Counted from the stretch's first letter, positions 44,670 through 54,669 are shown. The stretch: 64,000 nt of DNA from an uncultured Actinomycetota bacterium (GCA_963825755.1 CAWGUS010000003.1:15416-79415), one strand, 5' to 3'. Notes: generated by a model not told the origin, from the sequence alone. Translations and numbers: made by a program.

Positions 44670-45068
44670 TCAGCGACGGTGCCAGGTGTCGTCGCCGGGC
44701 TCCCGGCGCGTGAGCTCACGGCTCGCGAACCGCCAGCCGGCACCGTCCCTGACGAACGCGTCGGCATACGAGTTCGAGGTGACGAGGACAGGCGGCCGGC
44801 CGGGTGGGCTCTGACGCACCGTGACGTCGCACGTGGCCGAGGCGCGCAGCCTGTCGGCGTCGACGCGAATCATCACGTTGCTCACCACGTGCTCGGTCAG
44901 GGTCTCCCCGCCGTAGGTGATCACGTTGGCCTCGAGCCAGGCACGTACGGCGTCGCTGCCGGGCTGCCCCAGCCAGGTCGCACCACGGAAGAGACGTGCG
45001 AAGCCGTCGAAGTCGGCGTCGTCGACCAGGCAGGCGTACTCGTCGAGCAACCGCCGGATGGCGGCCAC
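44670..45068 (-). CDS. SnoaL/NTF2-like protein (start uncertain)
   Basis: IRRLLDEYACLVD..DFDGFARLF...TEHVVSNV...YADAFVR....WRFASR. Confidence 0.8.
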   Translation of the reverse strand: MAAIRRLLDEYACLVDDADFDGFARLFRGATWLGQPGSDAVRAWLEANVITYGGETLTEHVVSNVMIRVDADRLRASATCDVTVRQSPPGRPPVLVTSNSYADAFVRDGAGWRFASRELTRREPGDDTWHRR

Positions 45069-45095
45069 GTCGCTTCGCGTGCCGGTCGCTTTTAT

Positions 45096-45108
45096 TTCAC
45101 ATAGTTTA
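45096..45108. promoter_or_regulatory. Degenerate TTAAC-N3-GTTAA operator
   Basis: TTCACATAGTTTA in the AT-rich divergent gap. Confidence 0.45.
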
Positions 45109-45169
45109 GCAATAGGGTCGGAGCATCGCCAGGGACAGCTCCACCGAGGACCGCCCGACGGCCTCCTGG

Positions 45170-46324
45170 GTGTTGGTGGCCGCGGCGATGGCGGCAGCCG
45201 GAGGCCTGACCATGGGCTTCGGCCGGCTCACGTTCGCGTTCGTGCTGGAGGACATGCGTCGCGACTTCGTCACCAGCTACACAGCGGCCGGGGTCATCGG
45301 GGCCGCGAACCTGTTCGGCTACCTGGTCGGCGTCTTCCTCACCAACCGCTGGCTTCGCCGCCTCAGCCCGTCCACCCTGGCCGTCCGAGGGATGGCCGCC
45401 TCGCTCGTCGGCATGGTCGGCGTTCCGCTGCTGGCAGACCAGGTGTCGGCGTTCCTCTTCATGGCGCTACTCGGATTCACCGGCGGCATCGTCTGGATCT
45501 CCTGCGTCCCGATCGTGTCGCGCGCCGCGCCGCCGAGGCACCGCGGCGTGGCCTATGGGATCATGGTCTCCGGTATCGGCTCCAGCATCGCGCTGACGGG
45601 GCTGATCGTCCGCTGGTCGAACCACACGTTCGGCGCAGGGTCCTGGCAAGAGGTCTGGTACGCCGAAGGGCTCCTCGGCGTCGCGCTGCTTGCGATCGTG
45701 GCGCGGGTGCTCGCCCGCGACCCGGTGCCGGCCCCCCGGGCCGAGCCGACCCCGACCCGGCGCGAAAGCCGGGCCGTCCCGCCCGGGCTGTTCGGTGCGA
45801 TGGCGTGCTACTTCCTGTACGGCGTCGTGCACTCCCTGTACTCCAACTTCCTGGTCGCGGGAGTGCAGGAGGGCGACCACCTGTCAGCCGGGCAGGCAGC
45901 CTCGGTGTTCTCCCTTCTCGGGCTGACGAACATCGTCGGCGGCATCGTGCTCGGCCGGAGCTCCGACATGGTCGGCCGGCGACCCGTCCTCGTCACGGCG
46001 ATGGTGGCGATGACCGTGTGCGCGGCCGTCGTGCCGACGCACGTGACGGCTCTGGTGGTGGCGTCGGGGGCCGTGTACGGGCTGCTCATGAGCGGGCTCC
46101 CCTCGGTCATCACCGCGACCCTGAACGACCGCTTCGGCGGTGCCCGGCTCTCGGCCGCCTACACCGCCATCACGCTCGCCGTCGGCGCGGGCCAGCTCAT
46201 CGGGCCCCCCGTGGGAGGGGCCCTGGCAGACGGGACGGGAAGCTTCACCAGCACCTTCGTCCTGGCCGCGGCCGCAGCTGCCGCGGGCATCGTCGCCGCA
46301 GCGTTCATCCGCACCAGACCCTGA
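45170..46324 (+). CDS. MFS transporter (YbfB/YjiJ-like)
   Basis: MGFGRLTFA, ANLFGYLVG, GRSSDMVGRR; about 12 hydrophobic segments. Confidence 0.88.
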   Translation: MLVAAAMAAAGGLTMGFGRLTFAFVLEDMRRDFVTSYTAAGVIGAANLFGYLVGVFLTNRWLRRLSPSTLAVRGMAASLVGMVGVPLLADQVSAFLFMALLGFTGGIVWISCVPIVSRAAPPRHRGVAYGIMVSGIGSSIALTGLIVRWSNHTFGAGSWQEVWYAEGLLGVALLAIVARVLARDPVPAPRAEPTPTRRESRAVPPGLFGAMACYFLYGVVHSLYSNFLVAGVQEGDHLSAGQAASVFSLLGLTNIVGGIVLGRSSDMVGRRPVLVTAMVAMTVCAAVVPTHVTALVVASGAVYGLLMSGLPSVITATLNDRFGGARLSAAYTAITLAVGAGQLIGPPVGGALADGTGSFTSTFVLAAAAAAAGIVAAAFIRTRP

Positions 46325-46353
46325 CCTCGCCACCCCGCTCTGGAACAGCGGAA

Positions 46354-46381
46354 GGCCCGGCTCCCCGAGGGGAGCCGGGCC
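46354..46381. terminator. Perfect hairpin between convergent genes
   Basis: GGCCCGGCTCCC-CGAG-GGGAGCCGGGCC. Confidence 0.8.
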
Positions 46382-46404
46382 CTGCCGGAGCCGGTGTCGT
46401 GTGA

Positions 46405-47595
46405 CTACGGCGTGAACTCCTGCGGCTTGCCGTCGACGAACTGGAACGACACGAGGGCCTTCGAGAACCCGTCGCGCTCGCCGTCGAACTCGATCTGCGC
46501 CCCCTCCTTGCCTGCTGCGCCTGCGGACGGCTCGAGGTCGTCGAGCGCCTTGGCCAGGGTGTCGCCATCGGTGTCGCCCTCGGTCGCGTCGAGCGCGGCC
46601 TTGAGCAGCTGGAAGGAGTCCCAGGTGGCGGCGTTCTGCTCGGCGAGGCCGAGGGCGAGCTCGGCGGGGTCGCCGCCGTACTCGTCGGCGTACGCCTCGA
46701 TGAACGCCTGGTACTCCGGTTTGGACGGCTGCTGGTTCGACAGCGTGTAGATGGCCGGCAGCTGGGTGTAGGCGTCGCCGCCGATCTTCAGTGCGTCGGG
46801 GGCGATCAGCGACCCGAAGCCGACGACCGGCACCATCACGCCGGCTTCCGCCATCGTCTTGAGCATCAGCCCGGCGTCCGCCGCCGACGACCCGATGTGC
46901 ACTACGGCGTCGGGCTTCTCGGACTTCAGCTGCTGGACGGCCGAGGTCAGGTCGGTCGCGCCGAGCGTGTACTTCACGGTCTCCCCCGGCGTCATGCCCG
47001 CCGCCGTTGCCGCCTCCTCGATCTGCGGGAAGAGGGTGGCGCCGGTGGGCCCGTCGTCAGCTGTCACGACCGGGTTCTTGTAGCCCAGCTGCTGCAGGAG
47101 CTCGATCATCTGCACCGGGTAGTCGCTCTGGTCGTGCGCGACGCGGAAGGTGTACTTCGCGCCGTCCATGAGCGCCGGTGAGATCGTCGAGGCGTTCATG
47201 AAGACGATCTTGCGGGGCTCGGAGACCTGGCGGATGGCGAGTCCCTCGATGGAGGTGTAGCCGCCCATCATGATCTCGGCACCGTCGACCGTGATGGCCC
47301 GCTGGGTGATCTTGGCAGACTCGTCGGCGGTGAGCTTGTCGTCGTAGACCTTCAGCTCGAGCTGGCGACCGCCGGCGCCGCCGTCGGCGTTGATGGTCTT
47401 GACCGCGAGCTTGGCGGTGTTGACCATCTGCTCGGCCACGGCGGAGTTGCCGCTCGTGATCGGCGACGCGTACCCGATGACGATCGCGTCCGAGCTGTCT
47501 GTGCCACTGTCCCCCGAGTCGTTGCCACAGCCGGCGAGGGCGAGGGTGGCAGCGGCCAACAGTGCTCCACCACGCATGAGACGTGTGCGCTTCAC
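46405..47595 (-). CDS. ABC substrate-binding lipoprotein (LivJ/Peripla_BP_6 type)
   Basis: Lipobox LAGC; IVIG..PITSG, INADGG.GGRQLEL..YDD, TFRV. Confidence 0.9.
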   Translation of the reverse strand: MKRTRLMRGGALLAAATLALAGCGNDSGDSGTDSSDAIVIGYASPITSGNSAVAEQMVNTAKLAVKTINADGGAGGRQLELKVYDDKLTADESAKITQRAITVDGAEIMMGGYTSIEGLAIRQVSEPRKIVFMNASTISPALMDGAKYTFRVAHDQSDYPVQMIELLQQLGYKNPVVTADDGPTGATLFPQIEEAATAAGMTPGETVKYTLGATDLTSAVQQLKSEKPDAVVHIGSSAADAGLMLKTMAEAGVMVPVVGFGSLIAPDALKIGGDAYTQLPAIYTLSNQQPSKPEYQAFIEAYADEYGGDPAELALGLAEQNAATWDSFQLLKAALDATEGDTDGDTLAKALDDLEPSAGAAGKEGAQIEFDGERDGFSKALVSFQFVDGKPQEFTP

Positions 47596-47644
47596 AAGTG
47601 AACTCCTTTGGGACAGAGAAGCGGCGCGAGCCCTTCGAATTTGA

Positions 47645-47727
47645 TTAACATGGCGAACCTTTTGAAGAGATTCCCGTCACAGACCGCGGAAGTCAAGATC
47701 TTTCACGTAACTATTTAACGTAGCGAA
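47645..47727. promoter_or_regulatory. SBP promoter region with three TTAAC-N3-GTTAA-like boxes
   Basis: TTAACATGGCGAA (47645), TTCACGTAACTAT (47702), TTAACGTAGCGAA (47715); TTGACT on minus at 47696-47691. Confidence 0.6.
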
Positions 47728-48164
47728 TCAATTTGTGCGAGCCGCCACTGGACCATGCCCACCTCGTCGGCGACCCGGACCGCGTAGGCCTCGACCGGGC
47801 CGTCGATGCGAACGTCGTCAATCAGGCAGTCAGTGATGTTGCCCATGACCCGGGGACCTTCCTCGAGATCCACCAGGGCCACGACGTACGGCACGTCCTC
47901 CGCGAACCCGGGCATGCCGGCCTGCCGGATCACGGAGAAGCTGTAGACCCGCCCGCGACCACTCGCCTCCTCCCACTCCGGGGTCGTCCCGCACCGCACG
48001 CAGACGGCGCGCGGGTAGTGCTGCGCGTGCCTGCAGGCCGGGCACCGCTGGATGACGAACCGCCCCTCCGCGACCGCCGCGAAGTACGCCTTGCTGATGG
48101 GGTCCGACCCGGGGACCGGCTTGACCCACGTCTCCCGGACATCGACGACCTCGAGCTGTGTCAC
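47715..48164 (-). CDS. DUF35 Zn-ribbon/OB-fold protein (ChsH2-like)
   Basis: QRCPAC...YPRAVC..C, SGRGRVYSFSV, PYVVALVDLEEGPR. Confidence 0.9.
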   Translation of the reverse strand: MTQLEVVDVRETWVKPVPGSDPISKAYFAAVAEGRFVIQRCPACRHAQHYPRAVCVRCGTTPEWEEASGRGRVYSFSVIRQAGMPGFAEDVPYVVALVDLEEGPRVMGNITDCLIDDVRIDGPVEAYAVRVADEVGMVQWRLAQIDSLR

Positions 48165-49332
48165 TGACGGCCTCCCTTGCCGAGGATGGTGACGGCGATG
48201 GTGGACAGCCAGCCGCCCGAGCCGGCGGCCAGGGCCACCTCGCAGTCGGGCACCTGCACGGCTCCCGCCTGGCCGCGCAGCTGTCGCACGGCCTCGATGA
48301 TCAAGAAGATGCCGCGCAGCCCGGGGTGGCAGGCCGACAGCCCGCCACCATCGGTGTTCATCGGCAGGGACCCGCCGTGTCGCAGGTGTCCCTCGGCTGC
48401 GAACGGCCCGCCCTCGCCCGGCTTGACGAACCCCAGGCTCTCCAGGAGTAGCAGGCAGGTGATGGTGAAGCTGTCGTAGAGCATCACCATGTCGACGTCG
48501 TCAGGTGTGAGGCCCGCACGGCCAAAGGCCTCCGGCCCCGCGACCGCGCCCGCCGTGGTCGTCAGGTCCGGGCTCTGGGTGATGTTCCAGTGCGACTGCC
48601 GGCCGGCCGGCCCGAGGACCGACCGATGGGCTGTCGGAGGTCACGGGCGCGCTCGGCGGTGGTCACAATGACGGCGCCGCCACCGTCGGTGATCGCGCAG
48701 CAGTCGAGCTTGTGCAGCGGGTCGGCGACCATCCGTGAGGTGAGCGACGTCCTCGACCGTGAGCGGGTCGCGGTAGATCGCCTGCGGGTTGTGGGCGCGA
48801 ACTCCCTCACGCCGACGGCGATGTCGGCGAGCTGCTCGGGGTCGTGCCGAACTCGTGCATGTGGCGTCGCGCGGCCATGCGCGTACGACGACAGCGCGTT
48901 CGCCGTACGGCGCCTCGTACTGCGCGCCGGCGACCGGGCGCCGGCCGAACGCCGTGCCCAGCCTGCGACCCATCCGGGTCAGCAGGTCGCGGCCGTAGGT
49001 CATGCAGGATCGTCTCGGCGTGCCCGTCTCGGATGGCGGACGCGGCGTGGTGCATCTGGGACTCGTACGCCGAGCCGCCGGTGGACGTGCCGTCGATCTA
49101 GCGCTGATCGAGGCCCAGGTACTCGATCGTCTCCGGGAGATCGACCCGGGCATGCCGGGGATCCATGCCTCGGCGCAGCCGAAGCCGTCGATCTCCTGCT
49201 TGCGGACACCCGAGTCCACCAGGGCCCGCTGCATCGCCTGCGCCTGGTGCGCGGGTGCGTCAGGTGTGGTGCACGCGGCCCGTCGGACAGGCCGATTCCG
49301 GCGATGACGGGTGTGCGGTCGGGTCGGGACAT
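48161..49332 (-). CDS. SCP2/Ltp2-type thiolase-fold protein (many frameshifts)
   Basis: PLHKLDCCAITDGGGA, LYDSFTIT, LPMNTDGGGLS..HPG, EAVRQLRG. Confidence 0.85.
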
Positions 49333-49364
49333 GCAGTCTCCAGGGTGGTCTCGGACGGGACAGG

Positions 49365-50972
49365 TCAGACGAGGTCGCGCAGGGAGTGCTTCTGGATCTT
49401 TCCGGAGGCGGTCCGGGGCAGCTCGTCGAGCACCTGCCACGAGGTGGGGATCTTCTGCTTGGACAGGCGTGCGTCGTCGAGGAAGCTGCACAGCTCCTCG
49501 GGTCCCGGCCACTCGGCGCCGGGCGCCAACGTGACGAAGGCCCCGACCGTCTCCCCGAGTCGTGGATCGGGGAGACCGACCACCGCTGCCGCGTCGACGG
49601 ACGGGTGACGGAGGATCAGCTCCTCGATGTCGCGGGCCGAGAACTTCTCGCCCGCGCGGTTGATGATGTCCTTGGTGCGGCCCGTGATCCGGAGCCGCCG
49701 ATCGGCGTCGACGGTGCCGAGGTCGCCGGTGTAGAACCACCCCTCCTCGTCGACCTGCTCCTTCGTGAGGATCTCGTCGGTGTAGCCGATCAGCGACTGG
49801 GGGCCGCGGACCCGCAGCTCGCCCTCGGCGCCGGGAGGGACCGGGACACGCTGGTCGTCGACGGCCTGCATCTCGGTGCCCGGAATCACCCGTCCGTCGT
49901 AGTGGGCGCGCACATCCAGCGGCTCGTCGGGCGGCAGCCAGGACACACCGCCCCCTGTCTCGGTCATGCCGTAGCCGCGCAGGGCCGTGATCCCGACCTC
50001 CTGGGCCGCCTCGATGAGCGCCGGCGGAGTCGCGGCACCGCCCGACATGAAGACCGAGATCGGGTGCCCGGTGCCGATCCCGGCCCGGTGCACGGCGACC
50101 AGGTCGTGCAGGAACACCGCTGCCGCCGTGGTGAACGTGCACCTCTCGCGCTCGATCACCCGCGCGGCCTCGGCCGCGTCCCACGCCGGCATCACCACGA
50201 TCTTGGCGCCCATCGAACTCGGCCAGACGACCCCCGCCGCGAAGCCCGCGAGGTGCGAGAGCGGCGAGGCGCAGAAGAACACGTCCTTGGCGCCCAGAGA
50301 CATGTCGTGCCGCACGCTTCGGGCGTTCGAGACGAACGCCCGGCCGGTCAGCCGGACGCCCTTCGGAGCAGACGTGGTCCCCGACGTGTAGAGCATCAGG
50401 GCACACGCCTCGGGCTCGAGCGGCTCGGGTAGCGGCGCGTTGCGGTCGCCCGGGCCCTCAGGGAACCTGACCCAGCCCGGTCGCTCCGCCTCCAGGCCGA
50501 CGCAGAACCGCGCCACCGGGCCCCAGTCGGCCTCCTCGAGCAGGGAGTCGAGCTCGTCGGCAGGACGCCGGCTCCGGTTCTCCTCGACCGACACCACGGC
50601 CCGGGGCCGGCAGTCCCGCAGGATGTGCGCCATCTCGTGCTCGCGGTAGATCGGCACGATGGGCACGTTGATCGCCCCCATCCTGAAGGCCGCGACCTGG
50701 GCGATCAGCGCCTCGACCATGTTCGGCAGCTGGATCAGGACGGGGTCTCCCCTCCGGACCCCGGCCTCGACGAACGCAGCCGCGACCGCTGCCGCGCGGT
50801 CGGCGAACTCGCCGTACGTCAGCCGCAGGTCGCCGATGACCACGAACTCACGGTCGGGAGACCGGTCGGCCACGTCGAAGACCCACCAGCCGAGTCGTTC
50901 GGACGTCCAGTAGCCGCGGTCCTCGTAGTAGTCGCGCCGGACGGCAAGGTCGTCGTCTACCGGATCTGTCAC
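49365..50972 (-). CDS. Acyl-CoA synthetase (cyclohexanecarboxylate-CoA ligase-like)
   Basis: YTSGTTSAPKG, YGMTE, FYTGDLG, GRTKDIINRAGE, PRTASGKIQK. Confidence 0.92.
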   Translation of the reverse strand: MTDPVDDDLAVRRDYYEDRGYWTSERLGWWVFDVADRSPDREFVVIGDLRLTYGEFADRAAAVAAAFVEAGVRRGDPVLIQLPNMVEALIAQVAAFRMGAINVPIVPIYREHEMAHILRDCRPRAVVSVEENRSRRPADELDSLLEEADWGPVARFCVGLEAERPGWVRFPEGPGDRNAPLPEPLEPEACALMLYTSGTTSAPKGVRLTGRAFVSNARSVRHDMSLGAKDVFFCASPLSHLAGFAAGVVWPSSMGAKIVVMPAWDAAEAARVIERERCTFTTAAAVFLHDLVAVHRAGIGTGHPISVFMSGGAATPPALIEAAQEVGITALRGYGMTETGGGVSWLPPDEPLDVRAHYDGRVIPGTEMQAVDDQRVPVPPGAEGELRVRGPQSLIGYTDEILTKEQVDEEGWFYTGDLGTVDADRRLRITGRTKDIINRAGEKFSARDIEELILRHPSVDAAAVVGLPDPRLGETVGAFVTLAPGAEWPGPEELCSFLDDARLSKQKIPTSWQVLDELPRTASGKIQKHSLRDLV

Positions 50973-51000
50973 GGGGCGCCCTTCGCCTCTCAAGAATTAA

Positions 51001-51075
51001 TTAACCATGTATAACATTCACCCCGAGGCTAGGCAATGCTGCCCGATGGCCGAACAGAACTCTTTACCAAGCTAA
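51001..51075. promoter_or_regulatory. Divergent promoter region with two operator boxes
   Basis: TTAACCATGTATA (51001), TTTACCAAGCTAA (51063). Confidence 0.65.
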
Positions 51076-51098
51076 ACAAATGTGGTTCAGTGCCCGAC

Positions 51099-52262
51099 AT
51101 GGACTTCGACCTCACCGCCGAGCAGCAGGAGTTCCGCGACACGGTGCGCGGGTGGGTGACCCGGAGCTGGTCAAAGGAGGACGTGCGCGCCCTCGAGGCG
51201 GACGAGGGGAACTTCCCGGAGAAGCTGTGGCAGGGCATGGCCGACGCGGGCTTCCACGGCATCGGGATCGACGAGGAGTACGGCGGCCAGGGCGGCGACT
51301 CGATCACCCAGTCGATCCTCGCCCGCGAGCTCACCCGCCGGCTGGGCGGCCTGTCGGGTGTCTGGGGCATCTCGTCGTTCGCCGGCGGCAAGACCCTGTC
51401 GCTCTACGGAACGCCCGAGCAGAAGGCGCGCTTCCTCCCCGAGCTGGCGCAGGGCCGGATCCGCTTCTCCATCGCCATCACCGAACCGAGCGGCGGCACC
51501 GACCTCCTGGGCGGGATGCGCACGACCGCGACCCGCGACGGTGACGGCTGGGTGCTCAACGGCCAGAAGGTGTGGTCGTCCGGCGCGTCCGCCGCCGACT
51601 ACCTGGTCGTCCTCGCCAAGGACGGCGGCCAGACGCCCTCGGGCCGGCCGGCTGTGACGTCCTTCCTCGTGCCGACGAGCACCCCGGGCATCGACATCCG
51701 CAAGATCCCGAAGCTCGGCATGCGCTGCCTCTCGTCGTGCGAGATCTACCTCGACGACGTCCGGGTCCCGGACGATCTGGTCGTCGGTGAGGTCGGCCGC
51801 GGCTGGTACCAGCTGCTGCCGACACTCAACAACGAGCGCATCATCACCGCGTCCTCCTCGCTCGGCATCCTCGACGCCGTGCTCGAGGACGGGGTCACCT
51901 ACTTGACGCAGCGGCACGCGTTCGGGCGGCCGATCGGACAGTTCCAGGCCCTCCAGCACAAGATCGCCGACATCACCGCCTGGCAGCACCAGTCGGAGCT
52001 CCTCGTCCGGCGGGCCGCCTGGCTCCAGTCCCAGGACCGGCCGTGCGGGCTCGAGGCGACGCTCGCGCACACCGTCTCGGCGGAGTACGCGAGCCAGGCC
52101 GCCGACATCGGCATCCAGCTGCTCGGCGGCCTGGGCTACGCCATGGAGACCGACATGCAGCGGTACTGGCGCGACTCCCGGCTCTATCGCATCGCCCCGA
52201 TCACCACCGAGATGGCCAAGAACATGATCGCCGAGTCGCACGGCCTTCCCCGGTCGTTCTGA
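51099..52262 (+). CDS. Acyl-CoA dehydrogenase
   Basis: ITEPSGGTD, LNGQKVWSS, LNNER, RHAFGRPIGQFQALQH, GGLGY. Confidence 0.95.
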   Translation: MDFDLTAEQQEFRDTVRGWVTRSWSKEDVRALEADEGNFPEKLWQGMADAGFHGIGIDEEYGGQGGDSITQSILARELTRRLGGLSGVWGISSFAGGKTLSLYGTPEQKARFLPELAQGRIRFSIAITEPSGGTDLLGGMRTTATRDGDGWVLNGQKVWSSGASAADYLVVLAKDGGQTPSGRPAVTSFLVPTSTPGIDIRKIPKLGMRCLSSCEIYLDDVRVPDDLVVGEVGRGWYQLLPTLNNERIITASSSLGILDAVLEDGVTYLTQRHAFGRPIGQFQALQHKIADITAWQHQSELLVRRAAWLQSQDRPCGLEATLAHTVSAEYASQAADIGIQLLGGLGYAMETDMQRYWRDSRLYRIAPITTEMAKNMIAESHGLPRSF

Positions 52263-52274
52263 AGGAGCAAACAA

Positions 52275-53216
52275 GTGAGCACGAACGAGCTGTCGGGCAA
52301 GATCGCCGTCGTCACCGGTGCCGGTCAGGGGCTCGGCCGGTCCGAGGCCATCGCCCTGGCCCGCGAAGGCGCCCACGTCGTCGTGAACGACGTCGGTCGC
52401 ACGGCCGACGGTACGCCCGCCGCGGAGGCGGTGGTGGCCGATATCGTGGCGGCCGGCGGCTCGGCCGAGGCCAACGTCGACGACATCGCCACCTGGGCAG
52501 GTGCCGAGGCCCTGGTGGCCCAGGCGGTGGCGGTCAACGGCCACCTCGACGTCCTGGTCTGCAACGCGGGCATCCTGCGCGACCGCACCATCGTCAGCCT
52601 CACCGAGCCCGAGTGGGACGCCGTGATGGCCGTGCACCTGAAGGGCCACGCCGGGCCCCTCCACTTCGCGGCCGTGCACTGGCGTGAGCGCTTCCGCGCC
52701 ACCGGCGACCTCGTGGACGCGGCGGTCGTGACAACCTCGTCCGAGGCTGGCCTCTACGGCAACTTCGGGCAGGCCAACTACTCCGCGGCAAAGGCGGGCA
52801 TCGTCGCGCTGACGCAGGTCGCGGCCCGCGAGCTCGCGCAGTACGGCGTCGCGGCCAACGCGATCTGCCCCCGAGCCCGGACGGCGATGACCGAGGGGGT
52901 CGTGCCCGACATGGACCCGGCGGACGGGGAGCCCGACGAGTGGGACCCGGAGAGCGTGAGTGCGCTGGTCGCCTTCCTCGCCGGGCCTCACGCGGCGGGC
53001 ATCAACGGCCAGGTCTTCGCGGTGCACGGACCGACGGTGTCCAGGCTGCGCGAGTGGACACCGGCCCACGAGATCACCGGCCGGGCCGCCGTACGCCTCG
53101 AGGACATCGTGGCCCGGCGCGCCGACCTCGGGTCGCCGGACGACTGCGCCGTCGTGGACTTCCAGGCAGCGATGGCGCGCTCCGGCAGCATCGCCACCTC
53201 CGGCGCAGGCGCGTGA
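52275..53216 (+). CDS. SDR oxidoreductase (MFE-2/3-hydroxyacyl-CoA dehydrogenase-like)
   Basis: TGAGQGLG, NAGILRDR, GNFGQANYSAAK. Confidence 0.92.
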   Translation: MSTNELSGKIAVVTGAGQGLGRSEAIALAREGAHVVVNDVGRTADGTPAAEAVVADIVAAGGSAEANVDDIATWAGAEALVAQAVAVNGHLDVLVCNAGILRDRTIVSLTEPEWDAVMAVHLKGHAGPLHFAAVHWRERFRATGDLVDAAVVTTSSEAGLYGNFGQANYSAAKAGIVALTQVAARELAQYGVAANAICPRARTAMTEGVVPDMDPADGEPDEWDPESVSALVAFLAGPHAAGINGQVFAVHGPTVSRLREWTPAHEITGRAAVRLEDIVARRADLGSPDDCAVVDFQAAMARSGSIATSGAGA

Positions 53217-53217
53217 G

Positions 53218-53667
53218 TTGAGGCTCGCCTACGCCGACCTCGGGCCGGGACTCACCGGCACGGACCTCGGCCGCAGTCGCTGGATCCGCGTCGACCAGCG
53301 GCGCATCGACGACTTCGCCCGCACCACCGAGGACGAGTTCTGGCTGCACACCGACCCGGCGCGTGCGGCCGACGGTCCGTACGGCCGCACGGTGGCGCAC
53401 GGGTTCCTCACCCTGTCGCTGGTCGCGCCCGTCCTCGGCGACCTGCTGCAGGTGGACGGCGCGACGAGCCAGGTGAACTACGGGCTCGACCGAGTGCGCT
53501 TCCCGGCCGCGCTTCTCGAAGGCTCGGAGGTCCGGGGGAGCGCGACCGTCGTCGACGTCACGCCGGTCGACGGCGGGCACCGGATCACGGTCGAGGTCGA
53601 GATGCGGGCCCGGGACGCCGAGCGTCCGGCGTGCGTGGCGACGATGCTGAGCCTGGTTCGCGGCTGA
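53218..53667 (+). CDS. MaoC-family dehydratase
   Basis: IDDFARTTEDEFWLHTDP, VAHGFLTLSL, NYGLDRVRF. Confidence 0.88.
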   Translation: MRLAYADLGPGLTGTDLGRSRWIRVDQRRIDDFARTTEDEFWLHTDPARAADGPYGRTVAHGFLTLSLVAPVLGDLLQVDGATSQVNYGLDRVRFPAALLEGSEVRGSATVVDVTPVDGGHRITVEVEMRARDAERPACVATMLSLVRG

Positions 53668-53671
53668 CTGG

Positions 53672-54457
53672 CTAGCTCGCCGTCCGGCCGCCGTCGACAT
53701 TGACGACCTCACCTACGACGTAGGACGCGAGGTCGCTGGCAAGGAACAGTGCCACCTTCGCGATCTCGTCGGGATCGCCGGACCGCCCGAGGGGCGAGAT
53801 CAACGTGTTGCCGCCGAACAGCCCGTGCGAGCGGCGGCTCATTGGGGTGTCGATCACCCCCGGTGCGATCCCGTTGACGCGCACCCCGTATGCCGCCGCC
53901 TCCTTCGCGGCACTGCGCACGAGGGCGTGCACGCCGCCCTTCGACGCCGCGTAGTGGGCGAGGCCGGCAAGCCCGTGCACCGCGGCCTCCGACCCGATCA
54001 ACACCACGCTGCCCCCCGCCGGCCGCATGGCTCGCAACGCCTCACGGAGCACGTAGAACGCACCGTCGAGGTTGACCGCCATCATCCGCCGCCACTGGTC
54101 GTCGGCCAGGTCGGCGAGGACGTCGACCCGCTCACCCGCCGAGACCTGCCGGTGCACCAGATCCTTGGCCTGTACGTCGTCGACGCCGGCCGCGTGCACG
54201 AGGACACCCGGCGTACCGAGACGATCGGTCACGTCGGCGTACAGCGCCGTGACCGCAGCGGGATCCGACACGTCGGCCCCGAACGCGCAGGCACCCGGCA
54301 GGTGCGTGGCGACCTCGGCAGCGCTGGCCTTCGTCAGCCCGACGGCTGCCACCCGGGCCCCGTGGGCCGCCAGCCTGCGCGCCGTGGCCGCACCGATGCC
54401 GGAGCCGGCACCGGTGACCACCGCGACCCGGCCGGCGAGATCGGGGACGGCGGCCAT
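53672..54457 (-). CDS. SDR oxidoreductase
   Basis: TGAGSGIG, HYAASKGG, VNGIAPG, VDGG. Confidence 0.92.
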   Translation of the reverse strand: MAAVPDLAGRVAVVTGAGSGIGAATARRLAAHGARVAAVGLTKASAAEVATHLPGACAFGADVSDPAAVTALYADVTDRLGTPGVLVHAAGVDDVQAKDLVHRQVSAGERVDVLADLADDQWRRMMAVNLDGAFYVLREALRAMRPAGGSVVLIGSEAAVHGLAGLAHYAASKGGVHALVRSAAKEAAAYGVRVNGIAPGVIDTPMSRRSHGLFGGNTLISPLGRSGDPDEIAKVALFLASDLASYVVGEVVNVDGGRTAS

Positions 54458-54669
54458 CAGGCCGGAGCCAGGGTGATGGCCGCGGCGGGACAGCCCGCGC
54501 GGGCAGCGTCGGCCGCCGCCAGGTCGTCCGGGCCGGCAAGCTCGGGGCGCAGCACGACGACGACGCCGTCCTCGTCGATGTCGAAGATGCCGGGTGCCGT
54601 CACGATGCAGTTGCCCGCGCCGATGCACGCCTCGGTGTCGGCTTCCACGCGGGTGGGGATGTCGGTCAT
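54457..54669 (-). CDS. [3Fe-4S]-type ferredoxin
   Basis: CIGAGNC...APGIF...GCPAAAI. Confidence 0.88.
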   Translation of the reverse strand: MTDIPTRVEADTEACIGAGNCIVTAPGIFDIDEDGVVVVLRPELAGPDDLAAADAARAGCPAAAITLAPA

